A stretch of 64,000 nt of DNA from Octopus sinensis (GCF_006345805.1 NC_043019.1:15499360-15563359), one strand, 5' to 3'; positions 1-14,779 are shown, numbered from the stretch's first letter. The notes: a model not told the origin generated them from the sequence alone. Numbers and translations: made by a program.

Positions 1-1829
1 TTTGGTTGGCCCAAGGCTATAGCAAAAGACACTTGCTGAATGTGTCACACAGTGGAACTGAAACCAGAACCATGTGGTTGGGAAGCAAACTTCTTACCAC
101 AGCCATGCCTATCAACATTAATTGAAACAAAGAAAGTGCATTTCAACAGAAATATGGTAACAAAAGGATTAATTTTTAACCATTCTCAAAAGTTAATAAA
201 TTAGCTATGTATGAACCAAAGAGGGAGCCTTTATATAGTCATTTAACCTACTAGAAACAGCAACCAAATATCTAAAACTGTCTTAGGAAAAGCTGTTACA
301 CTGGAGACCGTTGCCCAGGGAAAATGATGGAATGGTCAATTCTGGTGGGTTAAATCTAAACGAGAGCTAAAAAATAATTATTACCACCACCAGAAGTAAT
401 AGAACAGTCGGTGGTTTATATCCTGTCATCAGCTGTCAAGACAAATTGTCAGTCATTCCAGAATCTATCTAACTCGTGACATTCTGCACAGTAGTTCGCC
501 ATTGCACTGTTCTATGCAGATCACTGCTGCAGTGTAAAAACCGATCCCTGATGAAAGAAGTTCCAGCCATGACCATTCCAACCCTTATCTCAAACTGTGT
601 TTAGATCTACATTATCCAATGTTGCCCTCATCATGTATAAGAAAAGGGATGGGATCACCACAACTAGAATGTCTTTATGCAACCTTATTGTTTACCCTTA
701 AGTCAACCTTCATTGAGTAGGCCTGTAATCAAAGTCATTCTAACCATGACTACCCCATCTTTGAAAACAAGAAAAGGTCAGCATCAGAAAAGGCACTCAA
801 ATGTAAAACAATGCCTCAATATCATCCACTTCACCCAAGCTAGCATGGCAAAATGGATGTGAAACAAGGAAAAGATAGCATCTATATATGTATGTATGTC
901 AGTATGTCAATGCAACAAAGAACTATTATAAAAAGCTAACCACAAGGAATTGAAAATAGAGTGTGACTAAGCAATGTAATAAGGCAAAAACTTGATACAT
1001 ATATTAGTGGAAAAATTAATAAAAATACACCAGAAGTATATTCCTTTGGTAGTTCATATCCGCACCCAATCCTTGACCTATTAACATATGCACACACACA
1101 AATTCAGTCTCCAAATTATACTTCACCCTATTGAAAGAAACCCACTCAAAACTACACTTCCAATTACAAAGTCATCTCAATTACAATTTCCCATTAAAAT
1201 CTCTCATGTAAATTAATGTTCCAAACATTAGCTTAATAATGACAAAGTTATTCTATTGTATCTTCATTATATTTTTTTTTTATTAATCAAAATACAAAGG
1301 GTTAAAACCTTTCACTGAACTGATGTTGTAGTGGAATACATTTGCCTAAGGTGCTGTGCACTGGGGTCAAATGCAGAACCAGGTGTTTACTTGAGTGCGC
1401 ACACGGTAGTGTGGTTAAGAAGTCCTCTATGCAATGTGCATTTTAAATATCACAACATAACTATCATATATCATAGAACACAATAGATCTTTTGTCAAGA
1501 AGGCCAAACAAAGACATACCCTAATTGTCACAGGAAAAGAGGCAAAGAAGATTAATGACTTTAACAATGAAAACATTTTCTAATAACTCCATCATGTACA
1601 ACCCTTTAACATTTAAACCAGCCATATCTGGCCTAGATATATTCAACACATTTTTTACCCAAACCAGCTAGATCTGGCATCTCACACCTACCCTACAATA
1701 TTCTAAATACAATCACCTCATCAAAATCTCAAAGTTACAAGATAATGCAGGATTAATTTAAAACAATGTGAATGAACAAGTATTAGATTAAACAAAAAAA
1801 TCTGAATGCTAAAATGTTAACATTAGATA

Positions 1830-2930
1830 CATTTCTCATCTCTGGACATTTTACATTTTTTTTCCATCCTTGGACAAGTTTTTCCCAGCATGTCATCTTA
1901 ACACTTGTAGAACATTATCTTTATGAAGCTCGTATTTAGATTAGCTCCCATAGCTTTTCCCCAAGCCTTCCTCTTCTACAGGTTTCTACCACTTAGATCA
2001 CACACTATTTCTTTACCCAACTCTATCATCTTGCATATGTGACACATGCCTGTACCAGTGTAACAGCCTCTCTTGCACTTCATTCTTCTAATAGCTCATT
2101 TGTGCTTTATCATTCATGTACATGTTATCCAGCAGAGCAGGCTCGCCTCAAGATCTTTTTGTTGTCTGCATCCAATTCCTATAATTTTTAACCTTGTGCT
2201 TTGTACTCAAACATCAGACAACTTGCCTTTGACTCAGAGAGAGTGTGTATTGCTACTTGCTACCAGCAGGAGTGATAAATAGTTCCTTGATCATTTTCTG
2301 CCATGTTCTTTGGCTATTTGTTACACTTTCAGAATACCAACCTTAACTACTGATCATCCCACCTTGGTAGCAGAACCAGTCAACTATTCTGAAGAACCCT
2401 TTTAACATTCTGAAAGCACAGAGATTGTACCAAGAGTAATGTAAAAGTTTCTTTGACTGTATTCACTGGTATAGGTCATTCAAATTGCACATATGGTAGA
2501 GTAACTCTCCACCCAGTTTTTTCATTGCAAGCAAACAACAGGTTCTAAGCAACAAAAACATGCTGTCATTGAATTCATTGAATTCTTGACAAAAAGGAGA
2601 TGCAGGCTATTTGCAGAGATGATGATGATATTAACAAGATGTGCATAGATAGATGAAACATTTTATAGGTGCTCTTACTGCTAGCTGCATTATATGCATC
2701 TGCTGGATAAGTCTTCTTTCTACATCTAACTCCTTTAAATTCAACTGCAAATTTTGTACACCTATAGTTGACATTTTATAGAGGGGACACTGTATACCAT
2801 TCCTATTTTTTTACCTTTTCTGGATATGGAGCATAACCATTTCTCAGCATAGCCCATTGCTAAAACTTTCAAGCGTTGTTTTCACATTTATTATATCTTC
2901 TCTAATTCTTCAGATTCATCTATAAGAACT
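1830..2930 (-). mobile_element. Degenerate RTE-clade LINE, 3' part of ORF2
   Basis: Frameshifted minus-strand translation resembles the RTE RT end and C-terminus (VKGKL, CRRGR-like segments) and parallels the copy at 41385-43920. Confidence 0.6.
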
Positions 2931-5498
2931 TGGCCACTGACATACAAAAGTCCCCTAATAGACAGGCAGTCTCAAACTTGCTGTCAACACCTAGAAAAGT
3001 CTTTCTGAAAACAACCGATTTCAGACATTTAAGATAATGAGGAATTTATTTCAAACACTACCAGAAATAGTAACTAAATGCTCCTCATACACTGTAACAT
3101 CTTAAAACGGGGAAAGATACATTGGATAACATAGCCCAAAGATGTGTATGTGTGAGTGTATGTCCTTGTCTTGACATCAGGTGAAAGTTGTAAATGTGTG
3201 AGTCATACAAGCAACAATGATTGTTTCCAATATCTTGCTAAAAAAAAATGTCTGACTCTGGGGAAATGATTCCCTACATGGAAACATGAAAGTTGGTGAC
3301 AGGAGTGGCAACCAGTCATAGAAAATATGTCTCAATAAATTCTGTCCTGACCCCTTCAAGCATAGAGAAGTAGACATTAAAATAATGATTATTTATTATA
3401 CACACATTTTTGTCACCACAATGTTTTTGCCAAGCCTCGACAGAGAGAGAGAAAGAGAGAAATGTAACCTAAAAATCTGACACTATTTTGTCTGGTGATC
3501 CACTTCCTAGTTTTCACAAAACAGTGATACAAGCAGTGAGTCATGGAAAAAGCCATTTGAGCTTTGGAGTGTGAAGACATTCTGTTTACGTCAAATATAA
3601 TATTTCATGGATTTGAGAAAATTTGTTTTATTACTGAAGGTGGGGGAACCCAGTTTTAACTTACTCAATAAATTTTATATGATAGGACATTCAGTGCTCA
3701 ATCTGGATAGTTTACATATTAGATAATATGATGAGGTTTTCTAGAAGTATTACTGAAGTATCTAGAACATGTCACCACTAACAGATAGAAAAGTACACAC
3801 ACAAACCAATGAGGGCAGTCCTTGCATGACTGTTCAACTCTTAGAGAAGTAGTACCCATTTAACCCTTTGGATATCGTCCCTCCTGAAAACACCCCACAA
3901 TTCTATAATGTAAACTTATTTTACAGTGACCCAAATTATAATTTAGGTTTCAAACACCAGCTTAACAACATCAACCGTAAAGTTCATGGTCACCCATTTC
4001 TCCTGAGAAAAGTAAAAATAAACACGACAAAGGTATAGCTGTTTGGTCAAGATGTTTACTTTCCAACCATGTAGTTTCAGGTTCAGTCTCACTGTGTGGC
4101 ACATTAGGCTAATTACAGCCCTGCAATGACCAAAGCCTAGTGCATAGGTTTGGTAGATGAAAACAGGAGTCCATGTATATACATGTTTGTGTCTCCTGTC
4201 TTGATGTCATGCAGTAGTTATAAACAAGGGTTTCCATCCAGTGTCTGCTTCCAATTTCCATGTAAACATAAACAGCAATGGGGGAAATAATATCTTCCTT
4301 CAAAACAAGTGAGGGTTGGTGACAGGAAGGGTTTCCAACTGATGAAAATCAGTACCTAACTGAACAACATTATTTCTAGTTAACTTTTTAATATTCTCTG
4401 CATTAAAATGTTAACACTTAACTATTAGTGACTGAAAATGTTTTGAAAAGTAATTTTTCAAATTTCAATATGGTTACTTATTTTGTTCAAGTGTATATAT
4501 CTGTTGATTCACCAGAAGTGATATTTTACAGGACTCAATACAAACAGAATATTCTTTGATATATTATAACCGAAAGGTTTAAAGACAAAAGAACATGAAG
4601 ATAAACGTTTTCTTCAGACTTTCATTTCATATTTCAAGAAATATTCCAAAAGGAAAGTAGGCTCGGTTTACCAAATGATAATCATAAACGAAGAACTCAG
4701 AATACTGGAAATTTGGAGCCTTTCAGTGTGTGTGTGTGTGTGTAAACACATACACACACATAAATAGAGAGAGAAAAACATGAACTTTGAATGAATTAAT
4801 GTTACGCTAAATTTAAAATTACATAAGCTGCTCGTTATTGATTGATTGAACTTTAAAATCAAAATATGATCTTTATTCTTTTTCAACAGAAGTGCTTGTC
4901 AACATTCCTTCATACAGACAGATGATACATAAAATTATTATTCTTATTACTGTTGTTGTAGTGATGCAATCGTAATGCACTGTGACATTTTATATACACA
5001 CAAGAATCAATAACTTTCACCTATTTAATAGAATTTGCTGATTTAGGAGATATATAAACAAAATAGTGAGTTGAAAATCTTCGATTAACTGGAGATTATC
5101 TTTGTAGTTAGTAGGCACCTCTCCTAAGAGTATTTAAAATATAAAACAGTGCTTTTCAAACATTTTTGAATTATTGTCCACTTTCTATAACTAATACTTT
5201 CACAAAGCCCCTTTGCTATTAGTACACCACATGTATATTTTGCATACTACGGCACTCCGATGGTTACGATGAGGATTCCAGTTGATCCAATCAACAGAAC
5301 AGCCTGCTTGTGAAATTAACATGCAAGTGGCTGAACACTCCACAGACATGTACACTTCACATAGATCTCGGGGAGATTCAGCATGACAGTGTGACAAGGC
5401 TGGCCCTATGAAATACAGGTACAACAGAAACAGGAAGAAAGAACAAGAGAAAGTTGGGGTGAAAGTATAGTAGGGTTGGCCCCACCTCTGCCGGAGTC

Positions 5499-5510
5499 AT
5501 ATATATATAT

Positions 5511-5556
<46 letters not shown>
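5499..5556. repeat. (TA)n microsatellite
   Basis: Directly visible. Others occur near 18764, 18860, 22400, 54244 and 58205. Confidence 0.95.
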
Positions 5557-5559
<3 letters not shown>

Positions 5560-7928
5560 CCACTTTCCTCCCACAGTCTTATTAAATTATCCACCCTTTC
5601 CTTCCCTCCCGATCCACAGATGGCATGCCATCACCATCTTTTTTATTGTCCAACCCATGCTAGCATGGAAAGCGGACGCTAAACGATGATGATGATGATA
5701 TATACTTACAGATTAAATGTTACGTGGTAATTCAGGTGCACTGAATGTTTTTATTGCATGTATGGAAATTCCTGTAAATTTTGACATCATTTAAGTTGTA
5801 CTTTTGTTTATTGCTCATAATTTACATGCACAGATGGTATACACTTGATCTTGTTTATGTATTTATTCACATTTCAAAGTATTGTTTTTGTTGATGCTGT
5901 CATTCTGATTAACAAGCAGTTCATTATTATACTTGATTTCTTCTTAAAACGAAAAACTGTACAGTTGCATCTATTGCACTTCTCTTACTAACTTTCTCTT
6001 CAGTACCTATATGAAAGCTCCCACTGTCCAACTATACGGCAACACCACCCACTTTGAAAAGCATTGATATAAAACAAGCAAGGGTGATAACTCCAACCAA
6101 ATTGGCTAACAGTTCTTATAGAGAATAAAGACAAAGCAGCTAAGAGTGAATTTGAGCTTTAAAATTAAATTGCAAAAGTAGTAGACATGTTTCAGTCTTA
6201 TTAGACCTCCTCTGTGAACCACTGTACTCAGTTGGCAAGACTTGCTGCCTGTGACCTCCTCCTTCCTAAGCCATTTTTATCTTTCTCATCTCTCCCTCCA
6301 TATTGATATCTACAATCAACCACACCCTTTTTTCATTGCTTACTGCATCCACCTCTAGGACAATTTAACTATCAGCTACTTTCCTCCCACAGCCTTACTA
6401 AATTATCCACCCTTTCCTTACCTCCCGATCCACAGATAGCATGCTCCGGCATGCCATCACCATCTTTTATTTTCCTTCCAGCTATTCTCACCCACCTCCA
6501 CATAATGAGGGGTAGTCATGTACCTCCATAACAAGAAACCTGTGCTTGTCCCTCTATTGTACTTAAGCCTTCAACACCAAACAAACACACCTCCTCCTTT
6601 CTCAAATATACTCTCATTCAGATGAAAGAGTTTTCTCTCTTTTAAATTTGTCATGTAAATTACTCAACAACCTCTCTCGTGCTGGTGTCGGGAGAATATG
6701 CCATAAAATGGTTGGCATTAGGAAGGGCATCTGGAAGTAGACACCATGCCAATGCTGACTGCAAGGCCTGATGCAGTTTTACAGCTTGCTGGTTCCTGTC
6801 AAACACTCCAACTTAGGCCAGCATAGAGAAAGGGATGTTAAATGTTGAGATGTGTGTGTGTGGGTGGGTGTAATCTAAGGAAGCCGATAATAAATATCAA
6901 TATGGGTGATGACCACAGGGTGCATTTTGCATACTAAATACACATGTCAGAATCCCATGTAGTGTTTTTCTTTTCCAAACTTAATGGACTTGTCTAGTAA
7001 CAGCATGGATAGTTTCAGTGAAATGAAAGTTTTCAATACACTATGTTACATATTGGAATCCTATTTTATGGGTAGTCTGCAACACCCACTCCACCCCAGG
7101 TTCTTTCCCTCAACCATATGTTGACATATAAACACGTGTGTGTATTTTATCTTACTTGTTTCAGTCATTAGAATGCAGCCATACTGGGGCATTGCCTTGA
7201 AGGATATTTAATTGAATGAATCGACTCCAGTACTTTATTTTTTAAAGCCTGGTACTTATTGTCAATCTCTTTTGCTGAACTGCTAACTTACGATGGACAC
7301 AAACAAACCAACATTGGTTGCCGAGTGGTGGTGAGAGCCCAAACACAGACACACACATATGTAGATATATATTTCACTTAGGCACTGCGAGACTAATAAC
7401 CTGTTGCAGAACTCAATATTCGAGGCACCAACGAAGCTATAGTATATTACTCAGGCACTCAACTAAGAGTCGACTGCATCTTATAGCAGAAACACCAGTA
7501 AACTAATGAAGTTCATAGCATTACCATTGCTTTTCCTGTGTCATCTTTCCCTTATATATACATACATACACACACACACACATGACAGGTTTCTTTCAGT
7601 TTCTGTCTACCAAATCCATTCACAAGGCTTTGGTTGGTTCGAGGCTACATAGAAGACCCTTGCTCAAGCTGCTAGGCTCTGGGACTGAACCTGGAAGTAT
7701 ACAAACATTCACACACACACACAACATTCCAGCAAAGGGTAACTAAGACTAGAAAGGCAAAATCTTTGCAAAAATAATTTCATAATTTTTTTTCATTTAC
7801 ATAGTTTTGAGGGGAGTGCTGAAAATAGTAATAATAAGAAAAGCAATTCTTAAAATCTAGAATGGTGTTAATTGCTCTTTAGTAAACAGCAATATTGTAT
7901 GTTTGGATGAAAAATATACAGAAATCTA

Positions 7929-8123
<195 letters not shown>

Positions 8124-9142
8124 TTAGCACAAAAACAGTGAAAATGTTATTTAATTTTTTAAGTTGACAAAAGAGGAATTTTATGTCGACCAGAGATTTT
8201 ATTATATGCAGACAATTTTATTTTGACCAAGCAGAAATTTATTATGTGCGATGTGCTCAGTAGCTTGATCTGCTGGAAATAGCAAAATCTCCCTCAGTTC
8301 ATACACTGCTCTCAGGAAAAAAAAAAGAAAAAACACAGGAAGGTCCTGGCTGGAATTCCTTTAGTCATGGGGTGTTCGATCAGGTTTGTCATGGAAGTAA
8401 ACAATGACATCATCCACTATATCCTTCCATGGTTTAGTGGTTAGGGTATTGGACTTATATCATAAGAGTGGTTTCGATTCCTGGATCGGGCAATGCATGG
8501 TGTTCTTGAGCAAATCACTTCATTTCACATTGCTTCAGTCCACTCAGATGGTAAAAATGAGTAATCCTGTGACAGACTAGCATCTCATCCAGGTGGGGAA
8601 TATATAAGCCAAATAAACTGGGAAACCAGTCCTTATGAGTCGGCAGGACTCGAGAAGGTAACTTTACTCATGCCAGCATGGACAATGGATGTTAAATGAC
8701 AAATGGTGATGATTAGTTCTAGGCTAGTTCTAATTAAACATGTTCCAACCATATCCCTCTTGTTTAATATTCAGGCATAGCATCCATCCTATATGAAAGC
8801 AGCCAAAACATTATTATTTGATGTGGTACATACATAATATCACACCATGTGATTAGGGTGATGCAGGCCTAGGAATACATAAGAAAAACACCAAATATCT
8901 TATCTTTTACCTGTTCCAGTCATTGGATTGCATACTAAGGCACCATCTTTGAAGCATTTCATCTAACAAATTGACACCAATACTTATTTTTAAGCCTGGC
9001 ACTTGTTCTATCAGTCTCTTTTGCCAAACCACTAATTTATGGGGATGTAAACAAACCAACATTGGTTAACAAGCAGTAGTAAGACAAATACAAAGACACA
9101 CATACATATGTAGCTTATGTAATAAATGAGTATTTATATATA

Positions 9143-9335
9143 CAGTAATCCCTCGTCTATCACAGGTGTTATGTTCCAAAACCTGCCACAATATATGAAA
9201 ATAAGTAGAAACAGCACTGTACATTAAAATTATTTTTATAATTTGCAAAAATTCATTTTTTTATAAATGCAAAACACCACCACAGGAATCGACGTAAGCT
9301 TAAATAATAAACCGCAATATGGTGAGGGACTACTG
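9143..9335. mobile_element. Tc1/mariner-superfamily (pogo/Tigger-like) MITE, 193 bp
   Basis: TIRs CAGTAATCCCTCG.. and, on the reverse strand, CAGTAGTCCCTCA.., flanked by TA on both sides. Confidence 0.8.
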
Positions 9336-11274
9336 TATATATCATGGGGCTTATACACAGTTTCCATCTATCAAATTCACTCAAAAGGTTTTTTGTCAGC
9401 CCGGAGCTACAGTTGAAAATATTTATCCAAAGTGTCACATAATGGGACTGAACCTGAAACCATATGGTTGCAAAATGAGCTTCTTAACCACATCTCCATA
9501 CCTGCAATTTTTGTGATTAACATTTTTTTCTCTTTTCTCCATTCTCGCATGGCTATTTTAGAGGTAGAATTTTATGACCAGATCTAAGACAGTAACGGCT
9601 GCATTTTCAGCTAGTCCACATTGTTCAATACGACTAGAATGCAATCATACGGAAGGAATGGAAGCTCTGTGTAGTTAAAAAAACTTAAGCTCACAAAGAG
9701 AGAAAAACAAAAAATTTCACCACTGCATTCCACCACTTAAAAAACAAAAGAGGGTACTCATTGCCTGATAAAATATAAGTGGGGTGGATAGCTATGTCTA
9801 GGTTTCCTTTGATCAAAAGTCTGTTTGATCAAAGTTGACTTAGAGATAAACAAGATGACATCATGTACAGAAATAAACTGGACAAAAAGAGAAAAATTAT
9901 GCCTCAAAATTGCAACACTGCATGTTCGATGTGGTTGTCAACTGAAGTGGAGACACAACACATCTGGAATGAGAGATGTGGATTGCACTTATTCAATCAG
10001 TCAACTTCCTTACATAGCATTTAATCTGCTAAATCACAACTGATCTGGGACTATACAACAGATAGCAGTTCCTCAATATTCCTTTAAATTAGTATTGATT
10101 GATAGAGGAAGATGGAGCTGCGTGGTTAAGAAGTTTCCTTCCTAACTACATGGTACTGAGTTCAGTCCTATTGTGTGATACCTCAAGTGTCTTCTACTAT
10201 TATAGCTCCAGGTCAACCAAAGCCTTGTGAGTGGGTTTGGAAGAAATTTGATATAAGCCCGTCATATGTGCGTGTGTGTATTTATGTCTCCTTGCCAATC
10301 ACCTGGATAATTATGAGCATCACTGTCAATCAAGCAGTGTCAATCATTTCCAATATTCTGCAAAAGCAATGCCTGGCCATGGGGAAACACCACCTTGTTT
10401 GGAAACATGAAGGGCATCCTACCATAGAATGTCTGTCTCAGCAAACTGTATCCAACCCATGCAAGCATGGAAAAGTAGACTTTAAAACAATGATAATGAG
10501 GATGAGAAATTATCAAAACAGTTGTTTGACAGAGCCTTTAAAAAATGAACCAAACTCAAACAGTGTTATACCAATGCATTGTGTACAAAGGGAACAAAAA
10601 TAAACACAAATAAAATGAGATAGCAAAAGTTCATTTCTAATTGACATATGGAATTTGAAGTAACCTTTAACACATTTTTTTTTCTGAGGGTCAAGATTTT
10701 GGAACCTTGCCTTACAGTGACAAATGTGAGTTCATCATCTGTCTATAACCTTAACAGAATCTGTATTGAGAACATCTGTGATAAGGGGAAAATTAATAAC
10801 TTATTTCTCCCATTTCCTAACCATGACACACATCCTATGTGTGCACCTAAATACAAGATTAGCCTGAATATAGGGCAGTAACATTTCCCTTATATAAATA
10901 AACATTAAAAGTGAGGGGGGGAGCTTGTAAAGGTTCAAATATAAAAAGGTTACACGCTTAGATGTTCAGGGACACTTAACCCTTCATCTTAGAAAATCCT
11001 TTGTAGTCAGGCACACAAATTTTACTTATTTCAGAAGGCATTCACTTACTGCCAAAGGGAATATTCAGGGTAGTGGATTGGAAGAATCATTTGCATGCTG
11101 GTTAAGATACCATACAAAATTTTTTCTGAATCTTTACATTTTCATTTTCAAATCTGTCAATTTTTTCTTTACATTCTTCCAAAGGCAATAAAATTGAAGT
11201 ATGGGGTTTATACAATCAACCCCTCCCTTCCCACCGAAATTTTCAATCATTTGCCTATGTCATTAATTAATATT

Positions 11275-12115
11275 ATTAAGAAGGCAGCAAGTTGGCAGAA
11301 TCATTAGCATGCAAGATAAAATGTTTAGTGGCATTGCTTTTGGTTCATTATGTTCCAAGTTCAAATTCCAAGGTCGACTCAGCCTTTCATCCCTTTTGAG
11401 GGCTGATAAAATAAGTACCAGTCAAGCACTGGGATTGATGTAATTGACTAGTTCCTGCCCCAACTCCAAAATTTCAGGCGTTATGCTTATTGTAAAATGA
11501 ATTATCATTATTATTAAGGTGGTGAGCTGGCAGAATTGAGTCAGTCATGCTAAGCAACATTTCTTCTAGCTCTCTATGCTCTGAGTTCAAATACCACCAA
11601 GATCAAACTTGCCTTCCATCCTTTCGAGGTTGATAAAAATAACAAATACTTGGGCTGATGGCATTAACTAACCAATTCCTCGAAATTGGCCTTGTGCCAA
11701 AAATGGACAAAATGCTCAGTGGTATTTCACTCGTCACTGCAAATTCTGCTGAGATCGACTTTACCTTTCATCCTTTCGAGGTCGATAAATTAAGTACCAG
11801 TTGCATACTGGGTCAAGCTAATCGACTACTTCCCCCTCACCCAGAATTCCAGGCCTTGTGCCTAGAATAGAAAAGAAGATTATTATTTTTATTATTATTA
11901 AGGCAGTGAGCTTGCAGAATTGTTAGCATGCTGGGCAAAATGCTTAGTGGCATTTCGCCCGTCACTACATTCTGAGTTCAAATTCTGCCGAAGTCGACTG
12001 TCTTTCATCCTTTGAGGTCAACAAAATAAGTACCATTTGAACACTGGGGTCAATGTAATTGACTCATCTCCTCCCCCAAAATGGCTGCCCTTGTGGCAAA
12101 ATGTGAAACCATTAT
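11275..12115 (+). mobile_element. Tandem cluster of about 4 diverged copies of SINE family C (core ttcaaatt..gtcgactttgcctttcatcctttcggggtcgataaa..aagtaccag)
   Basis: The core recurs near 11360, 11590, 11740 and 11980. The same family occurs at 17731-18210 and 38380-38530. Confidence 0.8.
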
Positions 12116-13864
12116 TAGCACTCTAAGAATGACAGCAGCCACAGAGCAGGAGACATCACAATTTAGTGAATTAAATAGGGTTTTAGGTTTTCAGCCAGAT
12201 TTTGGGAGGATCTTTTATTTTAGTTAAATTACTGATAACTAAAAGAAAATCTCTTATTACAACTGGAGAAAAAAAAATGGAGCAATAGAGAAAACAAGTT
12301 ATGTTCTTGCATGTTCAGAGTTCAAATACAGATGAAGTCATCTTAGCTTTGTGTCAATAGCCAGCTGGAGGAGGTGTCCTCCTGGGGCTACAAGCTACAG
12401 TAGCATCCACCCTTAAGAGTTTTAACCACATTTAAGTGGCAAATATACTTCATGATGTCGTGCAGCTACTGTTTATACCTCGCTCAGAGATTTATTATAG
12501 TCATATACTTCTGTCAGAACTCACTCTTTATTAACATTGGCTATTCCTCACCTCTGTATAGTGTCTGGTTTAATGGTAAATTTTGTAGAGGAGCAAATTT
12601 AGGATTAAATCAGTGGTTTCTTTGCAGCAGAGTAAATATGTTAGCACATCCTAGAGAGCAGTCCATTGTTGTTTAGCCCCAGGTCAACCCTGATAAAACA
12701 GATCTACAATCGTCTAAACTGTGAGCTCAGTGTCATCAATGGCTACATTTCTTCAATGTGTTCTTTCCTTATATACTATGGTAGGATATGATTTGATTGC
12801 TATTTCTTGCAAGCTCAGCAATCACATAACCCCCTTTGTTGGCCAAAGAAAAGAGTGAGAAGCATGTTTGAAATCAATGTTGTATTTCTAATGGGATTAG
12901 AAAAGACAAAATTATAGAGGATGATGTAACAGGAGCAATGAAAGAGGAAAATCAAGGAAATCATCTAATATCATAGTGCAGTTGGCAGTGTATCAGCCTC
13001 ACAATCAAGCAAAGTAGGTTGAGAAATCTGAAGGTTGTGAGTTCAACCCTCACCTGGAGCATCACAAATTGCAGGTGCCTGTCTGGTTGTGTGGTTATGA
13101 AGTTTGCTTTGCAACCCTGTGATTTTAAGTTTAGTCCAACTGCACAACACCTTGGGCAAGTATTTTTACTTTTGCCCCAAACTGACCAATAACCTTGTGA
13201 GAGCAGCTGGTAGATAGAAATTATGAAGAAGCCCATCATATGTATAATGTATACACTGTATAAAGGACCGTGGTTAAGGCCAGAACAATGCGATGAAATT
13301 GGAGTCAAAACCCCTGAAATATTGAATGCAAGGTAAGTCTACTTTAATTCATATATTTGTTTCTTGTGATTTGCCTTACATTTTACTTTGCATTGTTCTG
13401 GCCTTACCCACAATCCTTTATAAAGTGTGTATATTTAATCCTTAACATTCTTTTTTTGTATGTGTTCATGTATTAGAGATCACTTTGAATTTAGTTTGTT
13501 TCAGGTTACCCTGGCAACATTGTGTAAGCCTTAATTTTCAGATATATTTGCATCTCTTATCCATAATCTAAATCTGTTGGCACAAGAGAAACAATCGTTG
13601 GTAATGTACAGTGCAATCATCAATTAAAAATATGATTTTCCCCCCATTCTTGTTCATGTTATATACTCTGAATTTCTTGGAATTATTCAAAGTGATATTT
13701 GGATTTACATATCATATATGAGGAATTATCTTCGATTTTAATTGTATTTGAACTTATTGGTTTCTGATTGTTTTGATGTAGTTAACCAAATTCACTTAAC
13801 ACTGAGTGCTTTCTAGATAGATATCTGCCTTTTATAGATATAACTATATATAAAATTTAATGTT

Positions 13865-14080
13865 AGTTTTCCATGCTGGCATGGATTGGATGGGTTGACT
13901 GAAAACTGCTAAGCTGCACCAGGTTCCAATCTGATTTGGTAGGGTTTCTACTCTGGATGCCCTTCCTAAAGCCAACCACTCCAAGAATGTAGTGGCTGCT
14001 TTTTATGAGCCAGTGGCACAGGTGCCAGTTATGTAACATTGGCATTGGCCTCAATTACAATCTCACTTGGCTTGGCAGGT
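13865..14080 (+). mobile_element. SINE family B copy (ccatgctggcatgggttgga...ctggatgcccttcctaa.gccaaccactcc)
   Basis: Recurrent family, also near 26880-27060, 42480-42920, 45880-46130 and 60410-60700 (+), and 19440-19620, 31370-31530, 39420-39600, 44560-44870, 55500-55700 and 58700-58900 (-). Confidence 0.8.
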
Positions 14081-14149
14081 CTAAGTCACCAGTCACTGCA
14101 TCTGTGTGTGTGTATGTATATATATATATGTAGCCAGTACCGCATCGAC

Positions 14150-14530
14150 TGGCCTCCGTGCTGTGGGCACGTAACAAACACCATCCGATCGTGGCCGTTC
14201 GCCAGCCTCATCTGGCACTTGTGTCGGTGGCACATAAAAACACCATCCGAGCGTGGCCGTCTGCCAGCCTCGTCTGGCACCTGTGTCGGTGGCACATAAA
14301 AAAAAAACACCATCCGAGCGTGGCCGTTCGCCAGCCTCGTCTGGCACCTGTGTCGGTGGCACATAAAATCACCCACTACACTCTCGGAGTGGTTGGCGTT
14401 AGGAAGGGCATCCAGCTGTAGAAACACTGCCAGATCTGGTCTGGTGCAGCCTTCGGGCTCCCCAGACTCCAGTTGAACCGTCCAACCCATGCTAGCATGG
14501 AAAGCGGACGTTAAATGAGGATGATGATGA
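14150..14530 (-). mobile_element. Young CpG-rich SINE family B copy with an internal array of three 62-67 bp units
   Basis: Units start at 14166, 14229 and 14291, followed by the family core and a (GAT)n end. Confidence 0.85.
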
Positions 14531-14563
14531 TGAAGATATATATATATACACACACACACAGAG

Positions 14564-14779
14564 AGGTTTGGCCAAAAGTCACCTGACAGTAAATCAAAAC
14601 CATTTAATTCCAAAATTTGTTTAACAATTGAATGAATTTAATAAAAGCATCTAAATATGAAACTAGTTCAAACTGAAGTCCTTCTTGAGTGACACATTTT
14701 TCCATTCGAGTCAATACAGAAATACAGATAGTATTTATGGAATTTTGATTTACTGCCGGGTAACTTCTGGCCAACCATA
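14564..14779. mobile_element. Mariner-derived MITE or deletion derivative, about 215 bp
   Basis: About 40-bp TIRs (ggtttggccaaaagtcacctgacagtaaatcaaaa versus ggttggccagaagttacccggcagtaaatcaaaa). An internal minus-strand KCVTQEGLQFE remnant resembles a transposase C-terminus. Confidence 0.75.

Noticed and set aside
10175-10603. 142-aa ORF (also 43924-44340, 51833-52201 and 55252-55632)
   Set aside because: These run through SINE or low-complexity sequence and have no recognisable domain or splice structure.
14039-14613. Overlapping ORFs up to 175 aa with repeated peptides, and a regularly spaced repeat superficially like a CRISPR array
   Set aside because: It is the tandem array inside a SINE. 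Units are contiguous with no unique spacers, the context is eukaryotic, and there are no cas genes.
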